Source: Camelus dromedarius
Taxonomy: Eukaryota
Assembly: GCF_036321535.1 (NCBI RefSeq)
Contig: NC_087436.1
Location: 1,054,001-1,118,000 of the forward strand
Direction: 5' to 3'
DNA: 64,000 nucleotides
The position numbers and the translations under genes were made by a program. Positions within the stretch are counted from its first letter, which is position 1; the number at the start of each line of letters is the position of its first letter. This document shows, one piece after another, positions 12,011 through 25,768 of this stretch. The notes below the pieces were generated by a model, which ran no database searches, was not told the origin of the DNA, and saw only the letters and a list, made by a program, of their open reading frames with translations.

Positions 12011-15000
12011 ATCTAGGTGAAGGACGGCTTTCACACACACTTATCTCTCAGAACTGAGCAAGTGGAGAGACGTTCTTTCATGTAGCACCAAGGGAACGGG
12101 TTGCAGGAGACACTTTTTCTCTGCTTCCTCAGTCTGTTTCCTAGTGCCGGTTTGAAGTTCCTGCAGTTTTCACTGTAAAACCGAGTTGGAGTTTCTACCT
12201 CCCCATATATATGTATGGAATGGAGTTTGCAACTGAAAAGAAACTTTGTGTTCCCAACAAGCTAGGTGAAGGACGGCTTTCACACACACTTATCTCTCAG
12301 AACAGTGCAATTGGAGAGAAGTTCGTTCATCTAGCACCAAGGGAACGGGTTGCAGGAGACACTTTTTCTCTGCTTTCTCAGTCTGTTTCCTAGTGCCGGT
12401 TTGAAGTTCCTGCAGTTTTCACTGTCAACCCGAGTTGGAGCTAGTACCTCCCCATATATATGTATGGAATGGAGTTTGCAACTGAAAAGAAACTTTGTGT
12501 TCCCAACAAGCTAGTTGTAGGACGGCTTTCACACGCACATATCTCTCATAACTGAGCAAGTGGAGAGACGTTCGTTCATCCAGCACCAAGGGAACGGGTT
12601 GCAGGAGACACTTTTTCTCTGCTTTCTCAGTCTGTTTCCTAGTGCCGGTTTGAAGTTCCTGCAGTTTTCACTGTCAAACCGAGTTGGAGCTTGTACCTCC
12701 CCATATATATGTATGGAATGGAGTTTGCAACTGAAAAGATACTTTGTGTTCCCAACAAGCTAGGTGAAGGACGGCTTTCACACACACTTATCTCTCAGAA
12801 CTGAGCAAGTGGAGAGACGTTCGTTCATCTAGCACCAAGGGAACGGGTTGCAGGTGACACTTTTTCTCTGCTTTCTCAGTCTATTTCCTAGTGCCGGTTT
12901 GAAGTTCCTGCAGTTTTCACTGTCAAACCGAGTTGGAGCTAGTACCTCCCCTTATATATGTATGGAATGGAGTTGGCAACTGAAAAGAAACTTTGTGTTC
13001 CCAACAAGCTAGGTGAAGGACGGCTTTCACACACATTTGTCTCTCAGAACTGAGCAAGTGGAGAGACGTTCTTTCATGTAGCACCAAGGGAACGGGTTGC
13101 AGGAGACACTTTTTCTCTGCTTCCTCAGTCTGTTTCCTAGGGCCGGTTTGAAGTTCCTGCAGTTTTCACTGTCAAACCGAGTTGGAGTTAGTACCTCCCC
13201 GTATATATGTATGGAATTGAGTTGGCAACTGAAAAGAAACTTTGTGTTCCCAACAATCTAGGTGAAGGACGGCTTTCACACACACTTATCTCTCAGAACT
13301 GAGCAAGTGGAGAGACGTTCTTTCATGTAGCACCAAGGGAACGGGTTGCAGGAGACACTTTTTCTCTGCTTCCTCAGTCTGTTTCCTAGTGCCGGTTTGA
13401 AGTTCCTGCAGTTTTCACTGTAAAACCGAGTTGGAGCTTCTACCTCCCCATATATATGTATGGAATGGAGTTTGCTACTGAAAAGAAACTTTGTGTTCCC
13501 AACAAGCTTGGTGAAGGACGGCTTTCACACACACTTATCTCTCAGAACTGAGCAAGTGGAGAGACGTTCGTTCATCCAGCACCAAGGGAACGGGTTGCAG
13601 GAGACACGTTTTCTCTGCTTTCTCAGTCTGTTTCCTAGTGCCGGTTTGAAGTTCCTGCAGTTATCACTGTAAAACCGAGTTGGAGCTTGTACCTCCCCAT
13701 ATATATGTATGGAATGGAGTTTGCAACTGAAAAGAAACTTTGTGTTCCCAACAAGCTTGGTGAAGGACGGCTTTCACACACACTTATCTCTCAGAGCTGA
13801 GCAAGTGGAGAGACGTTCGTTCATCTAGCACCAAGGGAACGGGTTGCAGGTGACACTTTTTCTCTGCTTTCTCAGTCTATTTCCTAGTGCCGGTTTGAAG
13901 TTCCTGCAGTTTTCACTGTCAAACCGAGTTGGAGCTAGTACCTCCCCTTATATATGTATGGAATGGAGTTGGCAAGTGAAAAGAAACTTTGTGTTCCCAA
14001 CAAGCTAGGTGAAGGACGGCTTTCACACACACTTATCTCTCAGAACTTAGCAAGTGGAGAGACGTTCTTTCATGTAGCACCAAGGGAACGGGTTGCAGGA
14101 GACACTTTTTCTCTGCTTTCTCAGTCTGTTTCCTAGTGCCGGTTTGAAGTTCCTGCAGTTTTCACTGTAAAACCGAGTTGGAGCTTCTACCTCCCCATAT
14201 ATATGTATGGAATGGAGTTTGCAACTGAAAAGAAACTTTGTGTTCCCAACAAGCTAGGTGAAGGACGGCTTTCACACACACTTATCTCTCAGAACTGAGC
14301 AAGTGGAGAGACGTTCGTTCATCTAGCACCAAGGGAACGGGTTGCAGGTGACACTTTTTCTCTGCTTTCTCAGTCTATTTCCTAGTGCCGGTTTGAAGTT
14401 CCTGCAGTTTTCACTGTCAAACCGAGTTGGAGCTAGTACCTCCCCTTATATATGTATGGAATGGAGTTGGCAACTGAAAAGAAACTTTGTGTTCCCTACA
14501 AGCTAGGTGAAGGACGGCTTTCACACACACTTATCTCTCAGAACTTAGCAAGTGGAGAGACGTTCTTTCATGTAGCACCAAGGGAACGGGTTGCAGGAGA
14601 CACTTTTTCTCTGCTTTCTCAGTCTGTTTCCTAGTGCCGGTTTGAAGTTCCTGCAGTTTTCACTGTAAAACCGTGTTGGAGCTTGTACCTCCCCATATAT
14701 ATGTATGGAATGGAGTTTGCAACTGAAAAGAAACTTTGTGTTCCCAACAAGCTAGGTGAAGGACGGCTTTCACACACACTTATCTCTCAGAACTGAGCAA
14801 GTGGAGAGACGTTCGTTCATCTAGCACCAAGGGAACTGGTTGCAGGAGACACTTTTTCTCTGCTTTCTCAGTGTGTTTCCTAGTGCCGGTTTGAAGTTCC
14901 TGCAGTTTTCACTGTGAAACCGAGTTGGAGCTTCTACCTCCCCATATATATGTATGGAATGGCGTTTGCAACTGAAAAGAAACTTTGTGTTCCCAACAAG

Positions 15001-17414
15001 CTAGGTGAAGGACGGCTTTCACACACACTTATCTCTCAGAACAGAGCAAGTGGAGAGAATTTCGTTCATCTAGCACCAAGGGAACGGGTTGCAGGAGACA
15101 CTTTTTCTCTGCTTCCTCAGTCTGTTTCCTAGTGCCGGTTTGAAGTTCCTGCAGTTTTCACTGTCAACCCGAGTTGGAGCTAGTACCTCCCCATATATAT
15201 GTATGGAATGGAGTTTGCAACTGAAAAGAAACTTTGTGTTCCCAACAAGCTAGGTGAAGGACGGCTTTCACACGCACATATCTCTCAGAACTGAGCAAGT
15301 GGAGAGATGTTCGTTCATCTAGCACCAAGGGAACGGGTTGCAGGAGACACTTTTTCTCTGCTTTCTCAGTCTGTTTCCTAGTGCCGGTTTGAAGTTCCTG
15401 CAGTTTTCACTGTCAAACCGATTTGGAGGTAGTACCTCCCCATATATATGTATGGAATGGAGTTTGCAACTGAAAAGAAACTTTGTGTTCCCAACAAGCT
15501 AGGTGAAGGACGGCTTTCACACACATTTATCTCTCACAAATGAGCAAGTGGAGAGACGTTCGTTCATGTAGCACCAAGGGAACGGGTTGCAGGAGACACT
15601 TTTTCTCTGCTTTCTCAGTCTGTTTCCTAGTGCCGATTAGAAGTTCCTGCAGTTTTCACTGTCAAACCGAGTTGGAGCTAGTACCTCCCCATATATATGT
15701 ATGGAATGGAGTTTGCAACTGAAAAGAAACTTTGTGTTCCCAACAGGCTAGGTGAAGGACGGCTTTCACACACACTTATCTCTCAGAACTGAGCAAGTGG
15801 AGAGACGTTCGTTCATCTAGCACCAAGGGAACGGGTTGCAGGAGACACTTTTTCTCTGCTTTCTCAGTCTGTTTCCTAGTGCCGGTTTGAAGTTCCTGCA
15901 GTTTTCACTGTAAAACCGAGTTGGAGCTAGTACCTCCCCATATATATGTATGGAATGGAGTTTGCAACTGAAAAGAAACTTTGTGTTCCCAACAAGCTAG
16001 GTGAAGGACGGCTTTCACACACATTTATCTCTCAGAACTGAGAAAGTGGAGAGACGTTCGTTCATGTAGCACCAAGGGAACGGGTTGCAGGAGACACTTT
16101 TTCTCTGCTTTCTCAGTCTGTTTCCTAGTGCCGGTTAGAAGTTCCTGCAGTTTTCACTGTCAAACCGAGTTGGAGCTAGTACCTACCCATATATATGTAT
16201 GGAATGGAGTTTGCAACTGAAAAGAAACTTTGTGTTCCCAACAAGCTAGGTGAAGGACGGCTTTCACACACACTTATCTCTCAGAACTGAGCAAGTGGAG
16301 AGACGTTCGTTCATCTAGCACCAAGGGAACGGGTTGCAGGTGACACTTTTTCTCTGCTTTCTCAGTCTATTTCCTAGTGCCGGTTTGAAGTTCCTGCAGT
16401 TTTCACTGTCAAACCGAGTTGGAGCTAGTACCTCCCCTTATATATGTATGGAATGGAGTTGGCAACTGAAAAGAAACTTTGTGTTCCCAACAAGCTAGGT
16501 GAAGGACGGCTTTCACACACATTTATCTCTCAGAACTGAGCAAGTGGAGAGACGTTCTTTCATGTAGCACCAAGGGAACGGGTTGCAGGAGACACTTTTT
16601 CTCTGCTTTCTCAGTCTGTTTCCTAGTGCCGGTTTGAAGTTCCTGCAGTTTTCACTGTAAAACCGTGTTGGAGCTTGTACCTCCCCATATATATGTATGG
16701 AATGGAGTTTGCAACTGAAAAGAAACTTTGTGTTCCCAACAAGCTAGGTGAAGGACGGCTTTCACACACACTTATCTCTCAGAACTGAGCAAGTGGAGAG
16801 ACGTTCGTTCATCTAGCACCAAGGGAACGGGTTGCAGGAGACACTTTTTCTCTGCTTTCTCAGTCTGTTTCCTAGTGCCGGTTTGAAGTTCCTGCAGTTT
16901 TCACTGTAAAACCGAGTTGGAGCTAGTACCTCCCCATATATATGTATGGAATGGAGTTTGCAACTGAAAAGAAACTTTATGTTCCCAACAAGCTAGGTGA
17001 AGGACGGCTTTCACACACACTTATCTCTCAGAACTGAGCAAGTGGAGAGACGTTCGTTCATCTAGCACAAATGGAACGGGTTGCAGGAGACACTTTTTCT
17101 CTGCTTTCTCAGTCTGTTTCCTAGGGCCGGTTTGAAGTTCCTGCAGTTTTCACTGTCAAACCGAGTTGGAGTTAGTACCTCCCCGTATATATGTATGGAA
17201 TTGAGTTGGCAACTGAAAAGAAACTTTGTGTTCCCAACAATCTAGGTGAAGGACGGCTTTCACACACACTTATCTCTCAGAACTGAGCAAGTGGAGAGAT
17301 TTTCTTTCATGTAGCACCAAGGGAACGGGTTGCAGGAGACACTTTTTCTCTGCTTCCTCAGTCTGTTTCCTAGTGCCGGTTTGAAGTTCCTGCAGTTTTC
17401 ACTGTAAAACCGAG

Positions 17415-20400
17415 TTGGAGCTTCTACCTCCCCATATATATGTATGGAATGGAGTTTGCAACTGAAAAGAAACTTTGTGTTCCCAACAAGCTAGGTGAAG
17501 GACGGCTTTCACACACACTTATCTCTGAGAACTGAGCAAGTGGAGAGACGTTCGTTCATGTAGCACCAAGGGAACGGGTTGCAGGAGACACTTTTTCTCT
17601 GCTTTCTCAGTTTGTTTCCTAGTGCCGGTTTGAAGTTCCTGCAGTTTTCTCTGTGAAACCGAGTTGGAGCTTCTACCTCCCCATATATATGTATGGAATG
17701 GAGTTTGCAACTGAAAAGAAACTTTGTGTTCCCAACAATCTAGGTGAAGGACGGCTTTCACACACACTTATCTCTCAGAACTGAGCAAGTGGAGAGACGT
17801 TCTTTCATGTAGCACCAAGGGAACGGGTTGCAGGAGACACTTTTTCTCTGCTTCCTCAGTCTGTTTCCTAGTGCCGGTTTGAAGTTCCTGCAGTTTTCAC
17901 TGTAAAACCGAGTTGGAGCTTCTACCTCCCCATATATATGTATGGAATGGAGTTTGCAACTGAAAAGAAACTTTGTGTTCCCAACAAGCTAGGTGAAGGA
18001 CGGCTTTCACACACACTTATCTCTCAGAACAGTGCAATTGGAGAGAAGTTCGTTCATCTAGCACCAAGGGAACGGGTTGCAGGAGACACTTTTTCTCTGC
18101 TTTCTCAGTCTGTTTCCTAGTGCCGGTTTGAAGTTCCTGCAGTTTTCACTGTCAACCCGAGTTGGAGCTAGTACCTCCCCATATATATGTATGGAATGGA
18201 GTTTGCAACTGAAAAGAAACTTTGTGTTCCCAACAAGCTAGTTGAAGGACGGCTTTCACACGCACATATCTCTCAGAACTGAGCAAGTGGAGAGACGTTC
18301 GTTCATCCAGCACCAAGGGAACGGGTTGCAGGAGACACTTTTTCTCTGCTTTCTCAGTCTGTTTCCTAGTGCCGGTTTGAAGTTCCTGCAGTTTTCACTG
18401 TAAAACCGAGTTGGAGCTTCTACCTCCCCATATATATGTATGGAATGGAGTTTGCAACTGAAAAGAAACTTTGTGTTCCCAACAAGCTTGGTGAAGGACG
18501 GCTTTCACACACACTTATCTCTCAGAACTGAGCAAGTGGAGAGACGTTCGTTCATCCAGCACCAAGGGAACGGGTTGCAGGAGACACGTTTTCTCTGCTT
18601 TCTCAGTCTGTTTCCTAGTGCCGGTTTGAAGTTCCTGCAGTTATCACTGTAAAACCGAGTTGGAGCTTGTACCTCCCCATATATATGTAAGGAATGGAGT
18701 TTGCAACTGAAAAGAAACTTTGTGTTCCCAACAAGCTTGGTGAAGGACGGCTTTCACACACACTTATCTCTCAGAGCTGAGCAAGTGGAGAGACTTTCGT
18801 TCATCCAGCACCAAGGGAACGGGTTGCAGGAGACACTTTTTCTCTGTTTTCTCAGTCTGTTTCCTAGTGCCGGTTTGAAGTTCCTGCAGTTTTCACTGTG
18901 AAACCGAGTTGGAGCTAGTACCTCCCCATATATATGTATTGAATGGAGTTTGCAACTGAAAAGAAACTTTGTGTTCCCAACAAGCTTGGTGAAGGACGGC
19001 TTTCACACACACTTATCTCTCAGAACTGAGCAAGTGGAGAGACGTTCGTTCATCCAGCACCAAGGGAACGGGTTGCAGGAGACACGTTTTCTCTGCTTTC
19101 TCAGTCTGTTTCCTAGTGCCGGTTTGAAGTTCCTGCAGTTATCACTGTAAAACCGAGTTGGAGCTTGTACCTCCCCATATATATGTATGGAATGGAGTTT
19201 GCAACTGAAAAGAAACTTTGTGTTCCCAACAAGCTTGGTGAAGGACGGCTTTCACACACACTTATCTCTCAGAGCTGAGCAAGTGGAGAGACGTTCGTTC
19301 ATCCAGCACCAAGGGAACGGGTTGCAGGAGACACTTTTTCTCTGTTTTCTCAGTCTGTTTCCTAGTGCCGGTTTGAAGTTCCTGCAGTTTTCACTGTGAA
19401 ACCGAGTTGGAGCTAGTACCTCCCCATATATATGTATGGAATGGAGTTTGCAACTGAAAAGAAACTTTGTGTTCCCAACAAGCTAGTTGAAGGACGGCTT
19501 TCACACACACATATCTCTCAGAAGTGAGCAAGTGGAGAGACGTTCGTTCATCTAGCACCAAGGGAACGGGATGCAGGAGACACTTTTTCTCTGCTTCCTC
19601 AGTCTGTTTCCTAGTGCCGGTTTTAAGTTCGTGCAGTTTTCACTGTAAAACCGAGTTGGAGCTTGTACCTCCCCATATATATGTATGGAATGGAGTTTGC
19701 AACTGAAAAGAAACTTTGTGTTCCCAACAAGCTAGGAGAAGGACGGCTTTCACACACACTTATCTCTCAGAACAGAGCAAGTGGAGAGACGTTCGTTCAT
19801 CTAGCACCAAGAGAACGGGTTGCAGGAGACACTTTTTCTCTGCTTTCTCAGTCTGTTTCCTAGTGCCGGTTTGAAGTTCCTGCAGTTTTCACTGTCAAAC
19901 CGAGTTGGAGGTAGTACCTCCCCATATATATGTATGGAATGGAGTTTGCAACTGAAAAGAAACTTTGTGTTCCCAACAAGCTAGGTGAAGGACGGCTTTC
20001 ACACACATTTATCTCTCACAACTGAGCAAGTGGAGAGACGTTCGTTCATGTAGCACCAAGGGAACGGGTTGCAGGAGACACTTTTTCTCTGCTTTCTCAG
20101 TCTGTTTCCTAGTGCCGATTAGAAGTTCCTGCAGTTTTCACTGTCAAACCGAGTTGGAGCTAGTACCTCCCCATATATATGTATGGAATGGAGTTTGCAA
20201 CTGAAAAGAAACTTTGTGTTCCCAACAAGCTAGGTGAAGGACGGCTTTCACACACACTTATCTCTCAGAACTGAGCAAGTGGAGAGACGTTCGTTCATCT
20301 AGCACCAAGGGAACGGGTTGCAGGAGACACTTTTTCTCTGCTTTCTCAGTCTGTTTCCTAGTGCCGGTTTGAAGTTCCTGCAGTTTTCACTGTAAAACCG

Positions 20401-23400
20401 AGTTGGAGCTAGTACCTCCCCATATATATGTATGGAATGGAGTTTGCAACTGAAAAGAAACTTTGTGTTCCCAACAAGCTAGGTGAAGGACGGCTTTCAC
20501 ACACATTTATCTCTCAGAACTGAGAAAGTGGAGAGACGTTCGTTCATGTAGCACCAAGGGAACGGGTTGCAGGAGACACTTTTTCTCTGCTTTCTCAGTC
20601 TGTTTCCTAGTGCCGGTTAGAAGTTCCTGCAGTTTTCACTGTCAAACCGAGTTGGAGCTAGTACCTACCCATATATATGTATGGAATGGAGTTTGCAACT
20701 GAAAAGAAACTTTGTGTTCCCAACAAGCTAGGTGAAGGACGGCTTTCACACACACTTATCTCTCAGAACTGAGCAAGTGGAGAGACGTTCGTTCATCTAG
20801 CACCAAGGGAACGGGTTGCAGGTGACACTTTTTCTCTGCTTTCTCAGTCTATTTCCTAGTGCCGGTTTGAAGTTCCTGCAGTTTTCACTGTCAAACCGAG
20901 TTGGAGCTAGTACCTCCCCTTATATATGTATGGAATGGAGTTGGCAACTGAAAAGAAACTTTGTGTTCCCAACAAGCTAGGTGAAGGACGGCTTTCACAC
21001 ACATTTATCTCTCAGAACTGAGCAAGTGGAGAGACGTTCTTTCATGTAGCACCAAGGGAACGGGTTGCAGGAGACACTTTTTCTCTGCTTTCTCAGTCTG
21101 TTTCCTAGTGCCGGTTTGTAGTTCCTGCAGTTTTCACTGTAAAACCGTGTTGGAGCTTGTACCTCCCCATATATATGTATGGAATGGAGTTTGCAACTGA
21201 AAAGAAACTTTGTGTTCCCAACAAGCTAGGTGAAGGACGGCTTTCACACACACTTATCTCTCAGAATTGAGCAAGTGGAGAGACGTTCGTTCATCTAGCA
21301 CCAAGGGAACGGGTTGCAGGAGACACTTTTTCTCTGCTTTCTCAGTCTGTTTCCTAGTGCCGGTTTGAAGTTCCTGCAGTTTTCACTGTAAAACCGAGTT
21401 GGAGCTAGTACCTCCCCATATATATGTATGGAATGGAGTTTGCAACTGAAAAGAAACTTTATGTTCCCAACAAGCTAGGTGAAGGACGGCTTTCACACAC
21501 ACTTATCTCTCAGAACTGAGCAAGTGGAGAGACGTTCTTTCATGTAGCACCAAGGGAACGGGTTGCAGGAGACACTTTTTCTCTGCTTTCTCAGTCTGTT
21601 TCCTAGTGCCGGTTTGTAGTTCCTGCAGTTTTCACTGTAAAACCGTGTTGGAGCTTCTACCTCCCCATATATATGTATGGAATGGAGTTTGCAACTGAAA
21701 AGAAACTTTGTGTTCCCAACAAGCTAGGTGAAGGACGGCTTTCACACACACTTATCTCTGAGAACTGAGCAAGTGGAGAGACGTTCGTTCATGTAGCACC
21801 AAGGGAACGGGTTGCAGGAGACACTTTTTCTCTGCTTTCTCAGTTTGTTTCCTAGTGCCGGTTTGAAGTTCCTGCAGTTTTCTCTGTGAAACCGAGTTGG
21901 AGCTTCTACCTCCCCATATATATGTATGGAATGGAGTTTGCAACTGAAAAGAAACTTTGTGTTCCCAACAATCTAGGTGAAGGACGGCTTTCACACACAC
22001 TTATCTCTCAGAACTGAGCAAGTGGAGAGACGTTCTTTCATGTAGCACCAAGGGAACGGGTTGCAGGAGACACTTTTTCTCTGCTTCCTCAGTCTGTTTC
22101 CTAGTGCCGGTTTGAAGTTCCTGCAGTTTTCACTGTAAAACCGAGTTGGAGCTTCTACCTCCCCATATATATGTATGGAATGGAGTTTGCAACTGAAAAG
22201 AAACTTTGTGTTCCCAACAAGCTAGGTGAAGGACGGCTTTCACACACACTTATCTCTCAGAACAGTGCAATTGGAGAGAAGTTCGTTCATCTAGCACCAA
22301 GGGAACGGGTTGCAGGAGACACTTTTTCTCTGCTTTCTCAGTCTGTTTCCTAGTGCCGGTTTGAAGTTCCTGCAGTTTTCACTGTCAACCCGAGTTGGAG
22401 CTAGTACCTCCCCATATATATGTATGGAATGGAGTTTGCAACTGAAAAGAAACTTTGTGTTCCCAACAAGCTAGTTGAAGGACGGCTTTCACACGCACAT
22501 ATCTCTCAGAACTGAGCAAGTGGAGAGACGTTCGTTCATCCAGCACCAAGGGAACGGGTTGCAGGAGACACTTTTTCTCTGCTTTCTCAGTCTGTTTCCT
22601 AGTGCCGGTTTGAAGTTCCTGCAGTTTTCACTGTAAAACCGAGTTGGAGCTTCTACCTCCCCATATATATGTATGGAATGGAGTTTGCAACTGAAAAGAA
22701 ACTTTGTGTTCCCAACAAGCTTGGTGAAGGACGGCTTTCACACACACTTATCTCTCAGAACTGAGCAAGTGGAGAGACGTTCGTTCATCCAGCACCAAGG
22801 GAACGGGTTGCAGGAGACACGTTTTCTCTGCTTTCTCAGTCTGTTTCCTAGTGCCGGTTTGAAGTTCCTGCAGTTATCACTGTAAAACCGAGTTGGAGCT
22901 TGTACCTCCCCATATATATGTAAGGAATGGAGTTTGCAACTGAAAAGAAACTTTGTGTTCCCAACAAGCTTGGTGAAGGACGGCTTTCACACACACTTAT
23001 CTCTCAGAGCTGAGCAAGTGGAGAGACTTTCGTTCATCCAGCACCAAGGGAACGGGTTGCAGGAGACACTTTTTCTCTGTTTTCTCAGTCTGTTTCCTAG
23101 TGCCGGTTTGAAGTTCCTGCAGTTTTCACTGTGAAACCGAGTTGGAGCTAGTACCTCCCCATATATATGTATTGAATGGAGTTTGCAACTGAAAAGAAAC
23201 TTTGTGTTCCCAACAAGCTTGGTGAAGGACGGCTTTCACACACACTTATCTCTCAGAACTGAGCAAGTGGAGAGACGTTCGTTCATCCAGCACCAAGGGA
23301 ACGGGTTGCAGGAGACACGTTTTCTCTGCTTTCTCAGTCTGTTTCCTAGTGCCGGTTTGAAGTTCCTGCAGTTATCACTGTAAAACCGAGTTGGAGCTTG

Positions 23401-25768
23401 TACCTCCCCATATATATGTATGGAATGGAGTTTGCAACTGAAAAGAAACTTTGTGTTCCCAACAAGCTTGGTGAAGGACGGCTTTCACACACACTTATCT
23501 CTCAGAGCTGAGCAAGTGGAGAGACGTTCGTTCATCCAGCACCAAGGGAACGGGTTGCAGGAGACACTTTTTCTCTGTTTTCTCAGTCTGTTTCCTAGTG
23601 CCGGTTTGAAGTTCCTGCAGTTTTCACTGTGAAACCGAGTTAGAGCTAGTACCTCCCCATATATATGTATGGAATGGAGTTTGCAACTGAAAAGAAACTT
23701 TGTGTTCCCAACAAGCTAGTTGAAGGACGGCTTTCACACACACATATCTCTCAGAAGTGAGCAAGTGGAGAGACGTTCGTTCATCTAGCACCAAGGGAAC
23801 GGGATGCAGGAGACACTTTTTCTCTGCTTCCTCAGTCTGTTTCCTAGTGCCGGTTTTAAGTTCGTGCAGTTTTCACTGTAAAACCGAGTTGGAGCTTGTA
23901 CCTCCCCATATATATGTATGGAATGGAGTTTGCAACTGAAAAGAAACTTTGTGTTCCCAACAAGCTAGGAGAAGGACGGCTTTCACACACACTTATCTCT
24001 CAGAACAGAGCAAGTGGAGAGACGTTCGTTCATCTAGCACCAAGAGAACGGGTTGCAGGAGACACTTTTTCTCTGCTTTCTCAGTCTGTTTCCTAGTGCC
24101 GGTTTGAAGTTCCTGCAGTTTTCACTGTCAAACCGAGTTGGAGGTAGTACCTCCCCATATATATGTATGGAATGGAGTTTGCAACTGAAAAGAAACTTTG
24201 TGTTCCCAACAAGCTAGGTGAAGGACGGCTTTCACACACATTTATCTCTCACAACTGAGCAAGTGGAGAGACGTTCGTTCATGTAGCACCAAGGGAACGG
24301 GTTGCAGGAGACACTTTTTCTCTGCTTTCTCAGTCTGTTTCCTAGTGCCGATTAGAAGTTCCTGCAGTTTTCACTGTCAAACCGAGTTGGAGCTAGTACC
24401 TCCCCATATATATGTATGGAATGGAGTTTGCAACTGAAAAGAAACTTTGTGTTCCCAACAAGCTAGGTGAAGGACGGCTTTCACACACACTTATCTCTCA
24501 GAACTGAGCAAGTGGAGAGACGTTCGTTCATCTAGCACCAAGGGAACGGGTTGCAGGAGACACTTTTTCTCTGCTTTCTCAGTCTGTTTCCTAGTGCCGG
24601 TTTGAAGTTCCTGCAGTTTTCACTGTAAAACCGAGTTGGAGCTAGTACCTCCCCATATATATGTATGGAATGGAGTTTGCAACTGAAAAGAAACTTTGTG
24701 TTCCCAACAAGCTAGGTGAAGGACGGCTTTCACACACATTTATCTCTCAGAACTGAGAAAGTGGAGAGACGTTCGTTCATGTAGCACCAAGGGAACGGGT
24801 TGCAGGAGACACTTTTTCTCTGCTTTCTCAGTCTGTTTCCTAGTGCCGGTTAGAAGTTCCTGCAGTTTTCACTGTCAAACCGAGTTGGAGCTAGTACCTA
24901 CCCATATATATGTATGGAATGGAGTTTGCAACTGAAAAGAAACTTTGTGTTCCCAACAAGCTAGGTGAAGGACGGCTTTCACACACACTTATCTCTCAGA
25001 ACTGAGCAAGTGGAGAGACGTTCGTTCATCTAGCACCAAGGGAACGGGTTGCAGGTGACACTTTTTCTCTGCTTTCTCAGTCTATTTCCTAGTGCCGGTT
25101 TGAAGTTCCTGCAGTTTTCACTGTCAAACCGAGTTGGAGCTAGTACCTCCCCTTATATATGTATGGAATGGAGTTGGCAACTGAAAAGAAACTTTGTGTT
25201 CCCAACAAGCTAGGTGAAGGACGGCTTTCACACACATTTATCTCTCAGAACTGAGCAAGTGGAGAGACGTTCTTTCATGTAGCACCAAGGGAACGGGTTG
25301 CAGGAGACACTTTTTCTCTGCTTTCTCAGTCTGTTTCCTAGTGCCGGTTTGTAGTTCCTGCAGTTTTCACTGTAAAACCGTGTTGGAGCTTGTACCTCCC
25401 CATATATATGTATGGAATGGAGTTTGCAACTGAAAAGAAACTTTGTGTTCCCAACAAGCTAGGTGAAGGACGGCTTTCACACACACTTATCTCTCAGAAT
25501 TGAGCAAGTGGAGAGACGTTCGTTCATCTAGCACCAAGGGAACGGGTTGCAGGAGACACTTTTTCTCTGCTTTCTCAGTCTGTTTCCTAGTGCCGGTTTG
25601 AAGTTCCTGCAGTTTTCACTGTAAAACCGAGTTGGAGCTAGTACCTCCCCATATATATGTATGGAATGGAGTTTGCAACTGAAAAGAAACTTTATGTTCC
25701 CAACAAGCTAGGTGAAGGACGGCTTTCACACACACTTATCTCTCAGAACTGAGCAAGTGGAGAGACGT
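17415..25768 (+). repeat. Near-perfect tandem duplication of 17 monomers (4233 bp; ~17415-21535 and ~21648-25768)
   Basis: Eight ORF pairs are offset by exactly 4233 (17519/21752 through 19663/23896). Shared rare variants include gtaAgg, gacTtt, taTTg, gaaGtg, ggAtgc, aggAga, tttgTag and gaaTtg. One mismatch was seen (19409 G vs 23642 A). Confidence 0.93.
18422..19417 (+). repeat. ABAB dimer of HindIII-bearing (AAGCTT) monomers; repeated at 22655-23650
   Basis: Monomer A carries aagctT, catcCag, acacGtt and gttAtc. Monomer B carries aagctT, cagaGctg, ctgTttt and tgtGaaa. They alternate twice. Confidence 0.85.

Larger units (their letters stand above)
7600..15975 (+). repeat. Non-adjacent duplicated block of ~8-9 monomers (~7600-9750 and ~13830-15975; offset 6225 = 25x249)
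   Basis: Rare variants appear in the same order in both copies: ggcaaGtg, gaacTgg, tggCgtt, gagaATttc, cacGcacAt, gaTgtt, gagGtag, ctcaCaa, ccgAttAg. The ORF pairs 7729/13954, 8227/14452 and 8689/14914 share the offset. A few mismatches are present. Confidence 0.85.
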
